Shown: positions 46,841-60,837 of the stretch, piece after piece
How positions within the stretch are numbered: the first letter of the stretch is position 1
Layout of the letters: each line of letters opens with the position of its first letter
Assembly: GCA_973851085.1 (NCBI GenBank)
Contig: OZ316775.1
Span: 5,146,001 to 5,210,000 of the forward strand
DNA from: Ptychomitrium polyphyllum
Taxonomy: Eukaryota
Reading direction: 5' to 3'
DNA length: 64,000 bases
Notes under the pieces: generated by a model
Database searches by the model: none
Seen by the model: the letters and a program-made list of their open reading frames with translations, nothing else
What the model was told of the DNA's origin: nothing
Program-made: the position numbers and the translations under genes

Positions 46841-49800
46841 TTGTGGTCTGACAGGCTTTATATCTTTGTTCGGACGGATTTCGTCGGTTGTTTCAGATAC
46901 ATTTCTACATCATCTTCAACTAAGTACTGGTAGATTAACTCGTTACAAATAGAGTGGTCACGGTGGTGTGGCGGTGGTATCTTGAGAATGGTTTTTTGGA
47001 CTTGTCTTTGTCACGGATTTGGTTAAGGCTTGAAATCTACTGAGGATAAGTCTCTAGCATGTTCTGTTATTATCTTTTAACTGGATTGACCTGTAGCTGC
47101 CTGATTATAGTAGGCATGGATCTGTTAAGATAAAAGGGACTATTAAGGTCGTGGTCATTCCTGACCACCAAAGGCGTGAAGGTTCAACTTCACACTTGGT
47201 AATTGGAATGTGACAGTGTGACATGTAGCCATTGGCCAGGCAAGGATATTATATTGACACTGTACCTCATAGTGTGGTCCTGTCACGAGCAGAGCTGGCC
47301 TTGGTGATTTCTACTGCACAAGAATGCATCAAACATGATGTGTCATCATTCATAAGTTGTATTTTTAAATCAATCCATATAAATTGGTCGGGCATGTAAC
47401 CAACCGTGAAATGCCCCTAAGTATGGCAATCAAGTGACACAACAAATACAACATTGATCCGAAGAGTGACTGTAAGGGCTTTCATTGTATTACCACAGTG
47501 TTAGAAACTATAACTATTACTGGTATTTCTGTACTGCAATTCTCAGACACTGTGTGGTGTGAACTCATTTGAACCTGGGTTTACAGATCCTCTGTGAACA
47601 TGTCTGGTGTTGTTGTATTCCCTGTTTCAAGGCCACTGGATTGGTCTTTATATAAGTTACTACATGGTTGGTGGAATCAGGACGGTCTGGTCATGAGGCT
47701 GGGATGCTCTTGAAAAGGGTGATCTTGTGGGGTGGGGATAATGTCTCTAGATTCAGCTTGTAGAAGAAGTTTCTCTTGATGCATCAGTTGTTGCCTTCAT
47801 GGGCCATGTGAGGGAGATTGGTCCCAGCATGGATTCTGTAGCAGTAGGCAGATCCCACCCTTGTGAAGACAATAGCATGCCAGGATAACAATTCATAATA
47901 CTAATACCCCTAATTTATGTATTTCATGCAGAAGATTTGTTACTGTTTATATAATTTGTTACCAAAGGTCTATCTATGGACAAAAATTTATTGCAAATGA
48001 TTGGGAATTGCACTGAGATTGTAGGCCAAAGGGAATTCCACACTGTATCTTGTGTTGGAACCTTGGAGAAAACATATGATAATATAGCTTTCACCTCTGA
48101 ACATTTCTTGACTGGGGTGCTGATGATGAAAGTTTCAATTGTCTTACTTGTGGAGACCTGTATGCACCACTAAGGGGGTGTAATTGGCTTGTTGCCTGGC
48201 TTATTGTGGTGCTTATTTGTTAACACCTATTTTGGCTCCTGATGGATTCCCAAAGGAGTGGCTAGTAACATTATCATCAAAGGTACAAATGCATGTGGTG
48301 CATAAGCTACCAGTTATTGTCCAGTTATTATAAAGAGCCTGTACCAACTGGACACTGCAACTTCAATCACATTCTTACTGGAAACTATAGATGAATGAAA
48401 CAATGAATTAGACTAAGAGGACTTTATGTAACTTGAGAACTCCTTAGAGCATCTGGAGCAGTATAAGTCAAGATAACTTAAAGCAAAAGAATTTGTTTAT
48501 TTTTTGAGGGAGTATGAGTTTGCAATGACCAAGTTGTTGTGGAATTGGCTTCCCATGTTACAAGGGATTGGCCCAGTCCATTCCTGAAGATCAATTGTCC
48601 AATGTCAAATTTTGTTAGTTGGCAATATCCAGTGCTAGCTGGACTTAATGCAGGTATCCCTACAGATGCCAAGGAAGAAGGGAACCCAGCATATTTTGGG
48701 CACTTTGTGATCAGGAAGTGAGTGGTATGACCATCTTCAACACACAGCAGATTTTTAAAAGCATCTATTTATCCACATAGAACTTGAAAATACTACCATG
48801 AGTACCATATTGGAAGCATAAGTGTTTCTAGATTTGAACGTTGGATTACAAAACTACATTTTATATGCTTCTTATAGTGTAGAGTTTGAAGAGTGTCATC
48901 AAATTTTTTAAGTTGAGAGATTTTTATTCATCTAATCATTCACATTTGCTAAGTTAGCTCCACTCAACTCTAGAAATTTAACAACACTCCTCAAACTCCA
49001 TACCATAGCTTGCTTCCAAAGAAATAATTTTATCATCTAATATCTAAATCCAATTTTTATTTCACCTATATTTTAAAGTGCTTACAATAATGGTAAATTC
49101 AAGCACTATTTCCATGTGAAAAAAACTATTGCTTACAAACTGATGTGTCAATTGGAGATGCTCTAACTAAGTTAAAGCCAAACTCAAAGACAAACTCCAT
49201 AGTGAATAACTGGCAATGTGGACCTACTACATGGGACTCCTTTGCCCAATCATGCCAACTAGACTATTAAATTTGATGACACCAGTGTGATTCACTGACT
49301 CATTGTTGTTGGCGTCCAAGTTTCAACGTGCACTGTGACAGAATTGTCCATTGTCAATTGATTAAGTCAGACAGACACTTTCCACAGCAAATTCATGTGC
49401 AATGTATTACAATGGGTGTAGTAAAACAGTAGAGGAGAGTTCTCTTGAAAGCATGGAAAAATGTCACAAAACTGAGTGGGAATTTGTACTTACATAGTGA
49501 GATTCACTACTCTAGGATAATCAAGTTTATTGTGGATGGCATAGAGCCTTAAGCCTTGTGTACATTAACGATTTTGAAAGCATCAAACCATATTATGCCC
49601 GGGTTTCATCCTGCCAAATCCACAACTATTTTTAGGATAATTTAAATATAACAAAGTTCCTCACAGTGTGTTCCCTAGTTTGTATGAACTACTAAGCACC
49701 ACCTTGGGACTGGGCCACACATGTTTGTTAAGGATACTCTTTCAGTTAACCAACTCTCTCCTAGAATTTTGAGGTCTGTGAAGGCATGTCTGTAGAATGT

Positions 49801-50599
49801 AACAAGTAGAGAAGGATTAAGAAATTTAAGGCTGCACTTGAGGGCTTACCAACTAAAATTAGAAATGAATTTCATCCACCTCGAATAAAAATTCCTGCCT
49901 AAGATACTTGTTAAATTGACATCTATTTCATTTGGTTTCCTTATTTCAGAGCCACATGTCTCAATAAAAAATATTTAAAAGTATCAAAGTTATAGATTCA
50001 AAGTTTTGTAGAATATTTTCAACTTTGATCAAAATAAGAAAATGAAAACGATACAAGAACATGAGAATACTGCTATCATACTTAAATAAATCACTTAATT
50101 TTTATTTGAAAGGAAATAAATTAAATTAATTTGTAGATCTTCGGTTATATAGATGTTTTTTTTGACTAAATACACAATAACAAATAACTAAACCCATAAT
50201 CCATAAAAAATTTAAAATCAAAAATTTACATACCTGCTTCCAAATTTTCAGGATACAGTACATGCTTAACAACTTATTTTGCACAAGTTTAGTGCGGAGT
50301 TCATTTGATGGACGGTAGAAAACCTATATGCAATAGCAATATAAACAAAAACATAATTTTTCTCTATGGAAAAAAGTCAGGAAGATGTAATTCTTTGATA
50401 TTTATATACACATCCATGCCTGTTGCTTTGTGATACAAACCAAATAAGAAATCAAATTGAAAAGCACTAAATTCTAAAAAACCGGTTTAAGGCCATGTAT
50501 GTATTATTATTGAACAAGTCTATAAATTAAATACAAAGATATTATTTTTATATGGTATTCCTACCCTTAATTTGATGACACAAGCCTTTGACAGTTTGA

Positions 50600-52480
50600 G
50601 ACTACATTTCTAACAATAATTATATCCCTAAATTTGCAATTTATGGAGTTCTCTTGATATTTTTGGTGTGTAAACCATTGCTGAAGCTTCAAAGGAGCCT
50701 TGCCCTTAGTAGCAAAAACAACATAATTTTCCAATAATATAATATCATAAGCCTTATTTACTTGATCAAAATTCAAGCACCTTCAATGGCATTGATAATG
50801 CATATAATAAGGTACAAAATTTGGATACCAAAGTGTGTTATTGACAATAAGGTGGATTTTAAGATTAGTTAATTCAAAATCCTTTAAAAGCATCTCCACT
50901 GCACATACCTTATTATGTTTAAGAATCTTTTTTTTATGTAAAATTAATTCATAAAAAGATCACCACTGATAGCACATTGAAAAATCTCATGACATAGAAA
51001 AATCTCATGACATAGAAAAATCTCATGACATAGAAAAATCTCATGACATAGAAAAATCTCATGACATAGAAAAATCTCATGACATAGGTACAAAAAAAAT
51101 TAGCTCCGAATATACAATGATATTACTACATTTCTTGCAAGTATGCTATAATATATAATTTGAAGGGTGTCAACAAGTCTTTAAGATCAAGAAGATTTTA
51201 CTCTTCAGATCATTCACATCTTCCAAGTGGGCTCCATTAAACTCCAAAGATTTGATAATTCTTCAAATTCTTCTAATATGCTTATAAAAAATGTAGTTTT
51301 ATCACCTTATATTAAAATCCAAAAATATTTATATTTATTTTATGCAATTTTTTATGTACTTTCTATGGTGATACGTTCAAGTTTATGTAACTAAAAACAT
51401 TCTTTTATATAATTTTGATGTATTTGTTTTTGATAGTTTTAAAAAAAATGCCCTTTCATATTTTTAGGAAAAACTCATTCAAATTTTTATGATACACAGA
51501 TCAAATTTCAAATTAACAGAGAAATTTAAAAGGTGGTTTTTAAAGCATTTCCACAATGTTAAATCAAGAGTCTATTGAAAGAAGATTTTTAGGTCTAATG
51601 TAATTTAAGATTTATTTTCACGTGCAATCTAATAATTCCTATTGCAACATCATGAATCTTCCATGCAAGTGAAGCTTGTGGAAATAGAAGAATCAATAAT
51701 TGGATCAAAGTAAGAAAATTATGATTGTTGTCTACATGTTTTTGAAAGTTGAGCTTTGTGCCCAAAAGAAAGGTTTTTGTATTGAAATAAATTTTCCAAA
51801 TTTATAATCAATCATTTCTTCAGTAATTTTCAAATGAATAAAACTTATTTTATAATAGATTTGAATATAACTTGTACTAAAGTCAATCAAAAACCAAACA
51901 ATCTTGAATGTAGGACATTTGTTAATATTCTAAGTTTTGTTATGAGTTGGTTTTTGAATTATGATGTTAATTTTTTTGTTTTTTTTCCTTAAATTGATAC
52001 ATTTACATACTAATTCAAAAATTGTCATATGAGCCTTTAGAACTAAAACTAAGAGTATTTCCACCATCTTTTTATTCAAAATACTATGCAAGAATAATAA
52101 AAAAGTGTATTACAAAAAAGTAATCTATTAGTTTTTGCTAAACTCTCCACCAATAGTATTGGCTTGAGCACGTAAATATTAGCTTGTAAATTACTTGTAA
52201 GGAGTTTTTTCCATATCTAATAGTGTATGGCCTTCAATTTTATTCCAAGATGTTCTTAATTGATTTAGAAAGTAATTACCTTTTCATATTTGGTCTATTT
52301 CTTTTGTTGAATTACTACTTTAGAATAATAAAAATAATTAACATTGATTTTCTTAATATTTTCTTCCACCTTTTGCATACTTGCAATTTTGGCTAGAATT
52401 GGAGCCATTATTGATAAAGATTGTAAAATTTATCATTTCTATACAAACAAAGTAGCACCAATTTAATTACTTCATAGCCA
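50600..52480. mobile_element. Eroded gypsy pol remnants in mixed orientation
   Basis: Faint integrase-like FG.P...DN..F traces near 50820 (+) and integrase/RT-like traces at 52100-52430 (-). Confidence 0.3.
50979..51086. repeat. Perfect minisatellite, 18 bp x 6
   Basis: GAAAAATCTCATGACATA at 50979, 50997, 51015, 51033, 51051 and 51069, with no spacers. Confidence 0.95.
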
Positions 52481-55399
52481 TTGAATTTTTTTCATATTAT
52501 TATTCATCTTATGGTGGAAATGCTCCAAAGGATAGTTTACACTAAAAAATGAAAACTACAACCTTTTTAAAAATGACAAGTTTTTAATTGGTAGAAATTA
52601 TTATCAATATATATTTGAATTTGCACCAAACAAAACATGAACTAAGCTTTAAACTTTGTTTTTCATAATTGACAAACTTGTATGGAATTCTACTAAGCTA
52701 AAATATAAGGCATATTTGTTAGCATAAAAGACTTTAACAACCTCAAAGAAAAATACTAATTTGGAAGGTTACAGACTCATTATAATCTAGAAAATACTTG
52801 AAATATTCAAAAAAGTATTATTACTAAAAAAATAGACAATTTAAAAATTCTAAATAGAACATTCCATCTTAAATATATTTAAATTCTAAATAACTTAAAG
52901 TAACATATACAATGTTTCATCATAAAATGCATAGAAGTTCCACTTTTGTATAATCAACCAAAATTATTGTCGCACTTTCAAAGTTCATTGTATACTAATT
53001 GCATAAAGTAAGTAGGCCTATAGATGCCAAATTGTGCCTACAATGTCATTTCAGATAGATAATGTATTTTATTAGTACATATTTTGTCTAGAATAAGAGT
53101 TATAAGTACATTCTTATATACCTGAGGTGACCTTGTCAACTTAGTATCAACAACAAATACTCACTTTTATAACATAATATATAACACTTCTTTGAAAAAC
53201 ATTCTAATATTTCTAAGCAAATTTGTTTAAATAAAAATTAACTTAAAATTCATTTTACTATTAAAGAAGTATTTAATTGAAAATAAATTCATTTTAAATG
53301 ATTTTAATGATGAACATGCTTTATGAGTATGATAATTGTATAAAAGCACCTTAAGGGCATTCTTCTCACTAGAGACTAGCTATAGTTTGAGGACAAAGGT
53401 GTGAAGCATTCCTAAATTAGTAATCACTTCTTTACTTCAAGGGTCCTCGTCAAAGACATTATAATCAGAGCAATCTCCACCTTATTTTTATTTTAATCAT
53501 TATTTTATTCATGCCTGTTACGTGACATGTCACTCACTTTCTGCTTTCTGTTCATTGCTATCAAATTTAAATACGTTCACGATTTCATGCCACCCTTGTT
53601 CCTGAAAGTGTAAAATTGGAAGATATTAAAAATCACAAAGAAAAGAACAGAATCTCCTCGTACTGAACAGTGTTTTCCTCTTGCTACAAAAGTGTCCTTT
53701 CAACATCTTGCATCTCTTCCTCCCTGATGTGAGGGAAACTTTAATACCATCTAACCCATCTTTGCCACCTAACTAACCTATTTTGTAGCCACAAAAAAAA
53801 TGCTGTATCCAGAATAGTAAGCAGTTGCTCAGTGGCAAGTGCTAAGTTTATCGTTTTGTTTTTCAAATTTCTGCCACAAAATTTCAAACAACACGAACGT
53901 TAATCATCCACTGACACCCTCATTAATTCTGTGATCACTGCATCCAAGTCCCGACATTCTTCCATCTGACAAAAGTCAACAGAGTTAAATTATCCCCTAC
54001 TGTACTTTATTACTGTATTGCAAGTGAAATACATGACGATAGTATACTTGCTATACCTGCCCCTGGCACCAGCTCCAGACGACCTCAACAAAGCAGACCA
54101 AAGAAGTGGATCACCGTGATATATACACACAAATAGAATCTCTTTGCACCTCTCAAGTGTACTTTCTTTGTTTCTTGGGTTTGGGTTTGAGTAAGTTAGT
54201 AGAGGACTAACCGGTTTGGCTGCTGTTTGTTCTTTCTGAATCACTGTGGACTAAATTATGATTCCATAACGAAAAAGAATTATATGCTTGGTCAGAATAA
54301 TTTTCATTTGACCTTCTGTGAGAACCTTTCAGGACAGATTAAATAAAGCAAGCTGACGCTGTGGATTGGGTGGGGGTTCTCCAGGTGCATTGGAAGCTAG
54401 GCATAGGGAGCTGTGGAAAATCTATCACCCCCTTACCAAGTCTCTTTTGTTTGTTAATGTGAAGTTTACTTGGTCCTGAACATATCCAAGTATGAAAGGA
54501 TTTATTGTTCTTTTGCATGTTCTCTAACTTGGCTTCACATGGCAAGTGCATCTCCTTGAAGTCTTCCAAGTCTGGATATCTATGTGAGAACTCGAAATTT
54601 TTGTCTAGTGCCAGTGTGGATGCTACAAAGTTTTGATTCTATGGTGCTAACCAGAAGACATATTGTCTGATCAATGGCAAACTTGTTGACATTTGATGTT
54701 TTCTTCCACTTTGCTCATAGGACTAAAGAACAAAATTTATTTAAAAAAGATTGGTGTAATTTTGTGACCCAGCAATTGTTGGAGACATCACCATGATGAC
54801 CAGGTAATGGTTACTTTGGTGTTTGCCTGCAAAGAGGGTGGTCCAGGATTCTTTTGTGTGTATATTATCCCTGTTGTCATGTGGGTTCCTCCCATTATTG
54901 AACAGGCAGCTGGAAGCATAGATCTATGATGTCAAACCCATCAACAAAGCCTAAGGCAAAAAAAGGTAATTGATGGAAAGTTAAAAATCTTAATCTAAGA
55001 TTGAACTGTATGTGTGTCAACAAAAATTCAATGGGTGTGGGCAGTCCAGCCAAAAGATTTGATGAATGATTTCTGGTAATGTTCTAGGTGGTAACTTAGA
55101 TCTAAAGTGCACATACGGTAATTGTGCTAAATTACAACATTTTCTTAGTTGTTTAATATAAACTACCTTTTTACAATTCACTTGTATGTGAAAAGTAATT
55201 TCAAATGAGGGTTGGGTAGAGGTCAACTTATATGACCATAAGGGCACAACTTGTCACTCCAGAATTGACAAGGGCACAGTTAGTTCAAGAGTTAGTCCAG
55301 TCACTTTAACATTGGTAGTGCCCTTTTGTATGATGGATTATGGAAGTGGAATAGAGTAGTACACACAAAGTATGAATCCGTGTAACTTTTTTCAAGCAA

Positions 55400-56260
55400 G
55401 CCTCCACACAGACTCAGAATTAGAAAACCTAGTGAACTGTTTCTCTCAAACTGTACATCACCCAAGGAAGAATAACACACTTACTTGTTAACATGCTTTT
55501 AGTCTGGAAGTGACATAAAACAGGGAGCATACTCTTGGCTGGGGTGACTCCAAAGTGACCATGTACACAGGGATATTGTCAGATGTTAATTTGCAAAGCA
55601 TCTTTTTGGAAGAATATGTATGAAAATCAGAGTCTCGATGTCTGGAACTTCATAAATGAGGCAAAATTCAGACCATTCCAATCATTCTGATCTCAGCCAC
55701 TCCTGTTTCTTCAACTTGGATCAGTTCATATCTGGTGGGCACAAATCCATGGACAATTGGAAAGCTATTTCTGATGTATTTTCAAGTTATTCTTCTACAT
55801 TGCAATGATACATGTTGTCAAGAAGAGGGAGAAGAAGCACACTTGAAGCATTGACTGGCCTAGTCTTACAAAGACCAAGTCCTGTCTGCGAGTCCAGCTA
55901 GCTTGCAGCTTGTTTGCAGAATAGTGACTGGTCACTCACTGTGGAGGCAGGCATGCATTCTGTACCAATGTTTTTGCAATTTCTAGTAGGAGCCATAATT
56001 TCAGAGTGAATGAAACACGCTATTACCTGTTCTATGACAAGGATAGTCCATAAGGGTGTGGGCCTCACTTGTCATCAGTTCAAATTGTTGCACATGGCAA
56101 AGCTGGAGAATTAAGGTTTACGTTCCCACTTGGAGATGGCACATTCTTGGCCAACAGCAAGCTAGGACAAGAGTCCATTGCCAAGCCAAAGAATTGGGTA
56201 TAGACTGAGTTAAGTTACATATCATTCCACAAAAGCAAAATTTGTTGTTCATTACAAGTA
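55400..56260 (+). pseudogene. Decayed class-3 lipase (Lipase_3) relic
   Basis: IVTGHSL/GG at 55921-55948 (1 nt insertion), TRIVHKGV/PHL at 56037-56071 and upstream SLDVWNFINEAKF and GSVH, in the expected order. Confidence 0.55.
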
Positions 56261-56399
56261 ATCCATGTTACTCTGTATCAGATATAATTATACTTAGCTG
56301 CGCAGAGTTATCAAATTTCAACACTAGGACATTGTGTTTCACACTGTCATAATGATTCTGTTTAAGGAGAACTTAGTTTTACTACAAATGAGTTGTAGT

Positions 56400-58450
56400 A
56401 AAGAATCAACTGCACAAAGCCATAGAAGTTTTTCAATATGAAATCAAAAGAAAATGAAAGAGATTGGTACCTACAAGCATTGACAAAGTTTGTTGCATGG
56501 GCCCCAAAAGTGGCAGCACCCAACCCCACTGATGATTGACTTGCAGACAAATTCCAGCATTGAACTTCAATCACTTGGTGCAGCTAAGCCAATGTATGTT
56601 AGCTCATGAAACCCTCCTAGGCCGCACCTCTAGCTACTATCACTGGGGATGTCATTGATGCTTTGTTGAATGAATGATTGGAATGAACCTTTAGTCATTC
56701 TTTACTTAACACAAATACTATAACAAACATCCATTCTTACACCATTGAAATATTGTGGATATTTTGCACATTTACACAGATTTGGTCACCTACGTTTGCT
56801 CAAGTTGCTCTGGAACATGCCATAGTACTGGAGTTGTGATGTTTCCCAGGTTGTCATTTGGACCTCCTACATAAAGCAGGGAATTCAAAGAGGTTGGTGA
56901 GTTCATATTCTTAAAATGAGTCATTGACTTTCTTCCATAGCTGATAATCCCAGCTGAACAACAATGTGAAGGTGATGATCCATTCCATACCCACTCATTT
57001 ACAAAGTAGGCAGCAGTGTGGAGTTGAATTTAAAGAAAAGCTCACATATTCAAAGGCATGATTCAATACATTTACCAGGAGCTGTGACAATGGACAGTCT
57101 CTTGTGTATCAGCTGAGCCTGATATATTCTTGAAGGATATTTGAAGAGGTGTTTCAGAGATACATGTGGAGGAAGATTCAGAAGCACTCTGAGTACAAAA
57201 TCTATTGCTTTGAATAAGATGAAACTTTATGCATATTCAACAGCCTCTCTCATGGCCCCTACTCGGCAGGTAACATATTGGAAATGCATAATACTGGTCA
57301 CTGAGCTTATGCAGGCAAGGTAGTCATAATTTTCATATGGCCGGGTAATTCCACATGCTCTTGGTGTCTTCTTGCAGACTTACATACATTTTATTGGTAA
57401 CACCAGGTAATTCTTAACTTTAAAAAGCATGAAAATTGCAAGTCCACATACAAAAAGGGCTTTCAGGAGACTAAACTTTCATAATAAACTTAGACAGTCT
57501 AATCTCCTGTCCAAAAAATTATTGTCATGATTCCATCTGGCAGACCTTGGTAGAGATGCATACCTTCACAGATTGTATAAACTCTTGACATTGAACTGCA
57601 ACAACTTCTGTTCAAGGTCCGCCTTATGTTTTAAAAGCAAATGAAGGTCTGCCAGTTCTTAACAAACTCTTTCGAAGATGCCCAAGCATACTCAACAGTT
57701 TCTGTAGCAAAGAAACCTGGATATCATTAATATTGACTAGTCAGAACATAAGAAGAAAGCTTGCATAAACACCAGTTAAACGACCCTCTTAAAAGTTAAC
57801 AACAGCATATGATGCAATATTTTAAAAGCAATCTATTGATGAGTTATACCTCCTCAGCATGATAAAAGCATTGCAATGGGGAAATGGAGCTTCCAATCTA
57901 TGAGCATGTCTTGGAAATTCTTCCTTACTTCACCCTATATTGGATGTAATAACACAACACTTGAAACAGAAACAGGAAACAACGCTTCAAACTGAAACAG
58001 CAAACAATTTACTTAAAATTTTGAAAATAAAACTGCCTACAGAATGCATCACTTTGAAAACTCCTCAACAACAAAATTGTCCCATGATATACCTATCCTA
58101 AGTTGCCATAGCATGAATCCAACCCTAACTCTAACCCTAAACTAAGCTCTTACCATTAATAGTCAGTCAAAAATTCCTAATCAATACAACTCTGGGGTCC
58201 ATTGACAAAACCTGCATTTACATTACCAATTGCCAGATCAAACTCGGAGCTTACCTTGCATGCATTGAAGTTCCTATAAAGCAACGGCTAAACCCAAATC
58301 CCTCAGGTACAGCCACAATAGTAGCACAACCAAACTGTTGACAAAAGATAAGGTAAGCCTTGAGACTGCAAAGCACTTGCAAGAGATTCAAGCACCACTG
58401 CTACCAACTCCTACCCACTATGCACACAAGGTGGGACAGTTGACTGAAAG
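56400..58450 (-). pseudogene. Decayed multi-exon gene of unknown identity
   Basis: Several exon-sized blocks bounded by AG|...|GT on minus (about 57850-57934, 57564-57716, 57076-57260) with long frames broken by isolated stops. Confidence 0.3.
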
Positions 58451-60759
58451 CATAGAGACTCGGTCACTGGGAGAATAATATCAAAGCAGTGTACATTAAA
58501 GTGCTGGTATTCACACCCATATCAACATCAACTGACACTAAGTGGTTTCTTCAACGATAGGGTAATGTCATGATGGAAGGTATTAATACCAAATTTAACA
58601 TAACTTCTAATATTTCATATAATTTACTACTCCTTTAATCCAAAAAATTCAGTAACTGAATATTTCGTATGTTTTTGTTGTGTTTTTATTTTAATTTTAA
58701 AGTTTTTGTATCAGTACCGTTGTGTTAAAAGTACACATGGTGTGTCAAAAAGGAACTTCATTTTAGGATTTACATACAACAATAGAATCTGGTGTAGCGA
58801 CAAATTCGTGCCTAATGCTTCTTTAATTTAACATAAATTACTATGTCAAGCCACATAATCAATTATCCTTTATATAATAAAATTGGGTTGTTAAAGTAGG
58901 CGTTTTAGATGCGCAAGGTGGAAATTGCACTGTACCTTAAGTATCAAGTCATATCAAATTTATACAGTGTAATTAAGTCTAAGGATTTTTTCATCTATTT
59001 AGAGTAAATTCCATTTTAATTGGTTTTTTTATGACAATTAAAATTTGGAAGAGGTGTTATGTGGAAAAACTCATTTGATTTGACATTTTTTGCTAGATCA
59101 AGTCTTGTTAGTAATTAAAGAAAGGTGGTTTCTTTAGGATTTGTTTAAAGATGGTAACATAACCATTTAATAAGGTCATAGATTTTCCCTTATACTTACA
59201 TTCTTGGTTTCTCCCTTTATAGAAAGAGAAATAGCTTGACTTATGCTTTGTGATTTTATTTTGTTTTTTTAAAGTCTCATTGTAATATTAATTTAATTGA
59301 ATTTAGTTTATTGCAAATATGATAATGATTATGGTAACTAATCTATTATAAATAACGTTTTTTATATATACAACATCCTTGATGTACTTTGGATGCAAGG
59401 TCTCTACAAATAGAGGGCAACGCCTATTTTGGCCAAACTATGGCTTTCCAATATGTTTAGGTGTTTAAAGGGCTTACTAAAAACTATTACAAATGGTGAT
59501 TGACCATATGTCATGAGTGTAAAACAAGAGACTAGAAGATAACAAAAGAAATTGTAATGGAAGAAAAAACTAAGAATTAGATTGATTTCAAGACTCAAAA
59601 TTCAACACTTTAGATTGCTACACAACTTCTATTGATAGAACAAGTATAGTTCACTCTATATCTTACTTATACTATGAAACTTAAGCTCAATAGAACTTCT
59701 ACTGAAGCTATTAAAAGTTTCTAAAAATTTAAGGAATCTTTTACTAGAAATTATTGAAAATCAAATGTATAGTTTTAAAAGCCTATAAATGTTTTAAAAA
59801 GATTATAAAAGGTTTTTAAGGTCTATAGAGGATTTTGAAAGAATATGGAATGCTTTAAAGGTTGTAAATGATGTATAACTATAATTACATGGATCTTTTC
59901 TTTTATCTTTTCAAATGATTCTTCTTCTATCTTTTTAAATGATCCTTCTTCTATCTTTTTGAATAACCCTTCTTCTATCTTCCATTCACATTATCTGCCA
60001 TTATAAATTTCTAGTTACTACAATCTTTCAAATTTTGAATAAATTTTATTATTTATTTAAAATAAAACCAAGCCATAGACTTTGTATTATAAATTTTATT
60101 TATTTTAGATCAAAAACGTCTACTTCATTAGTAATTGCAAATGTTGCTTGAATCAACATTGAACAATTTGTAAATAAAAAAAATTGTATGTTTTTAAAAT
60201 AAATATTAATAATATCTTATAAAATTTGTTCATTCATGGTTTTTTTCTTTAGTTAAAAACTATTTTAGTCAAATAGGTGCATATAGTTATGTACACTTTA
60301 ATAATCTATGTATATATTATATTATATAATTTATAAAGGTGGTCTAAATGAGGTTTAGCAATATTGCAATGGAAATTTTTACTATCGTATAAAATAAAAA
60401 CCATAAATTTGTAAAATAATTCATTATATAATGAGCATATAAAATAAGCCATGTATCTTTTTATATCTACTAAAAGTACATTTCAATGAAACTTATGGCA
60501 TGTGCTAAGCACTCAACAAATTGATAAATCTTTTGTATTAATTTTAAAAGATTAGCCTGAGTTATTATTTCTAGATTTATATTGCATTTTGAATTTCATC
60601 ATAAAGTGAATTTCAATGAAATTAGTTAATAAAATATACAACACTAATAATTATTTGAATGAATTAATGAATAGAACTTTCATATAAATAATTCATTGTT
60701 ATTATGTTGTCTAATTAGATGACTAATGAAAATTACACACACACATATATGCATATATG

Positions 60760-60763
<4 letters not shown>

Positions 60764-60830
<67 letters not shown>
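60764..60830. repeat. (TA)n microsatellite
   Basis: Uninterrupted TA run of ~33 units. Confidence 0.97.

Positions 60831-60837
<7 letters not shown>

Noticed and set aside
50979..51086. CRISPR-like repeat array
   Set aside because: Units are contiguous with no spacers; eukaryotic context; no cas genes.
58120..58146. Interstitial telomere repeat
   Set aside because: Only 2-3 imperfect CCCTAA units; at most a telo-box.
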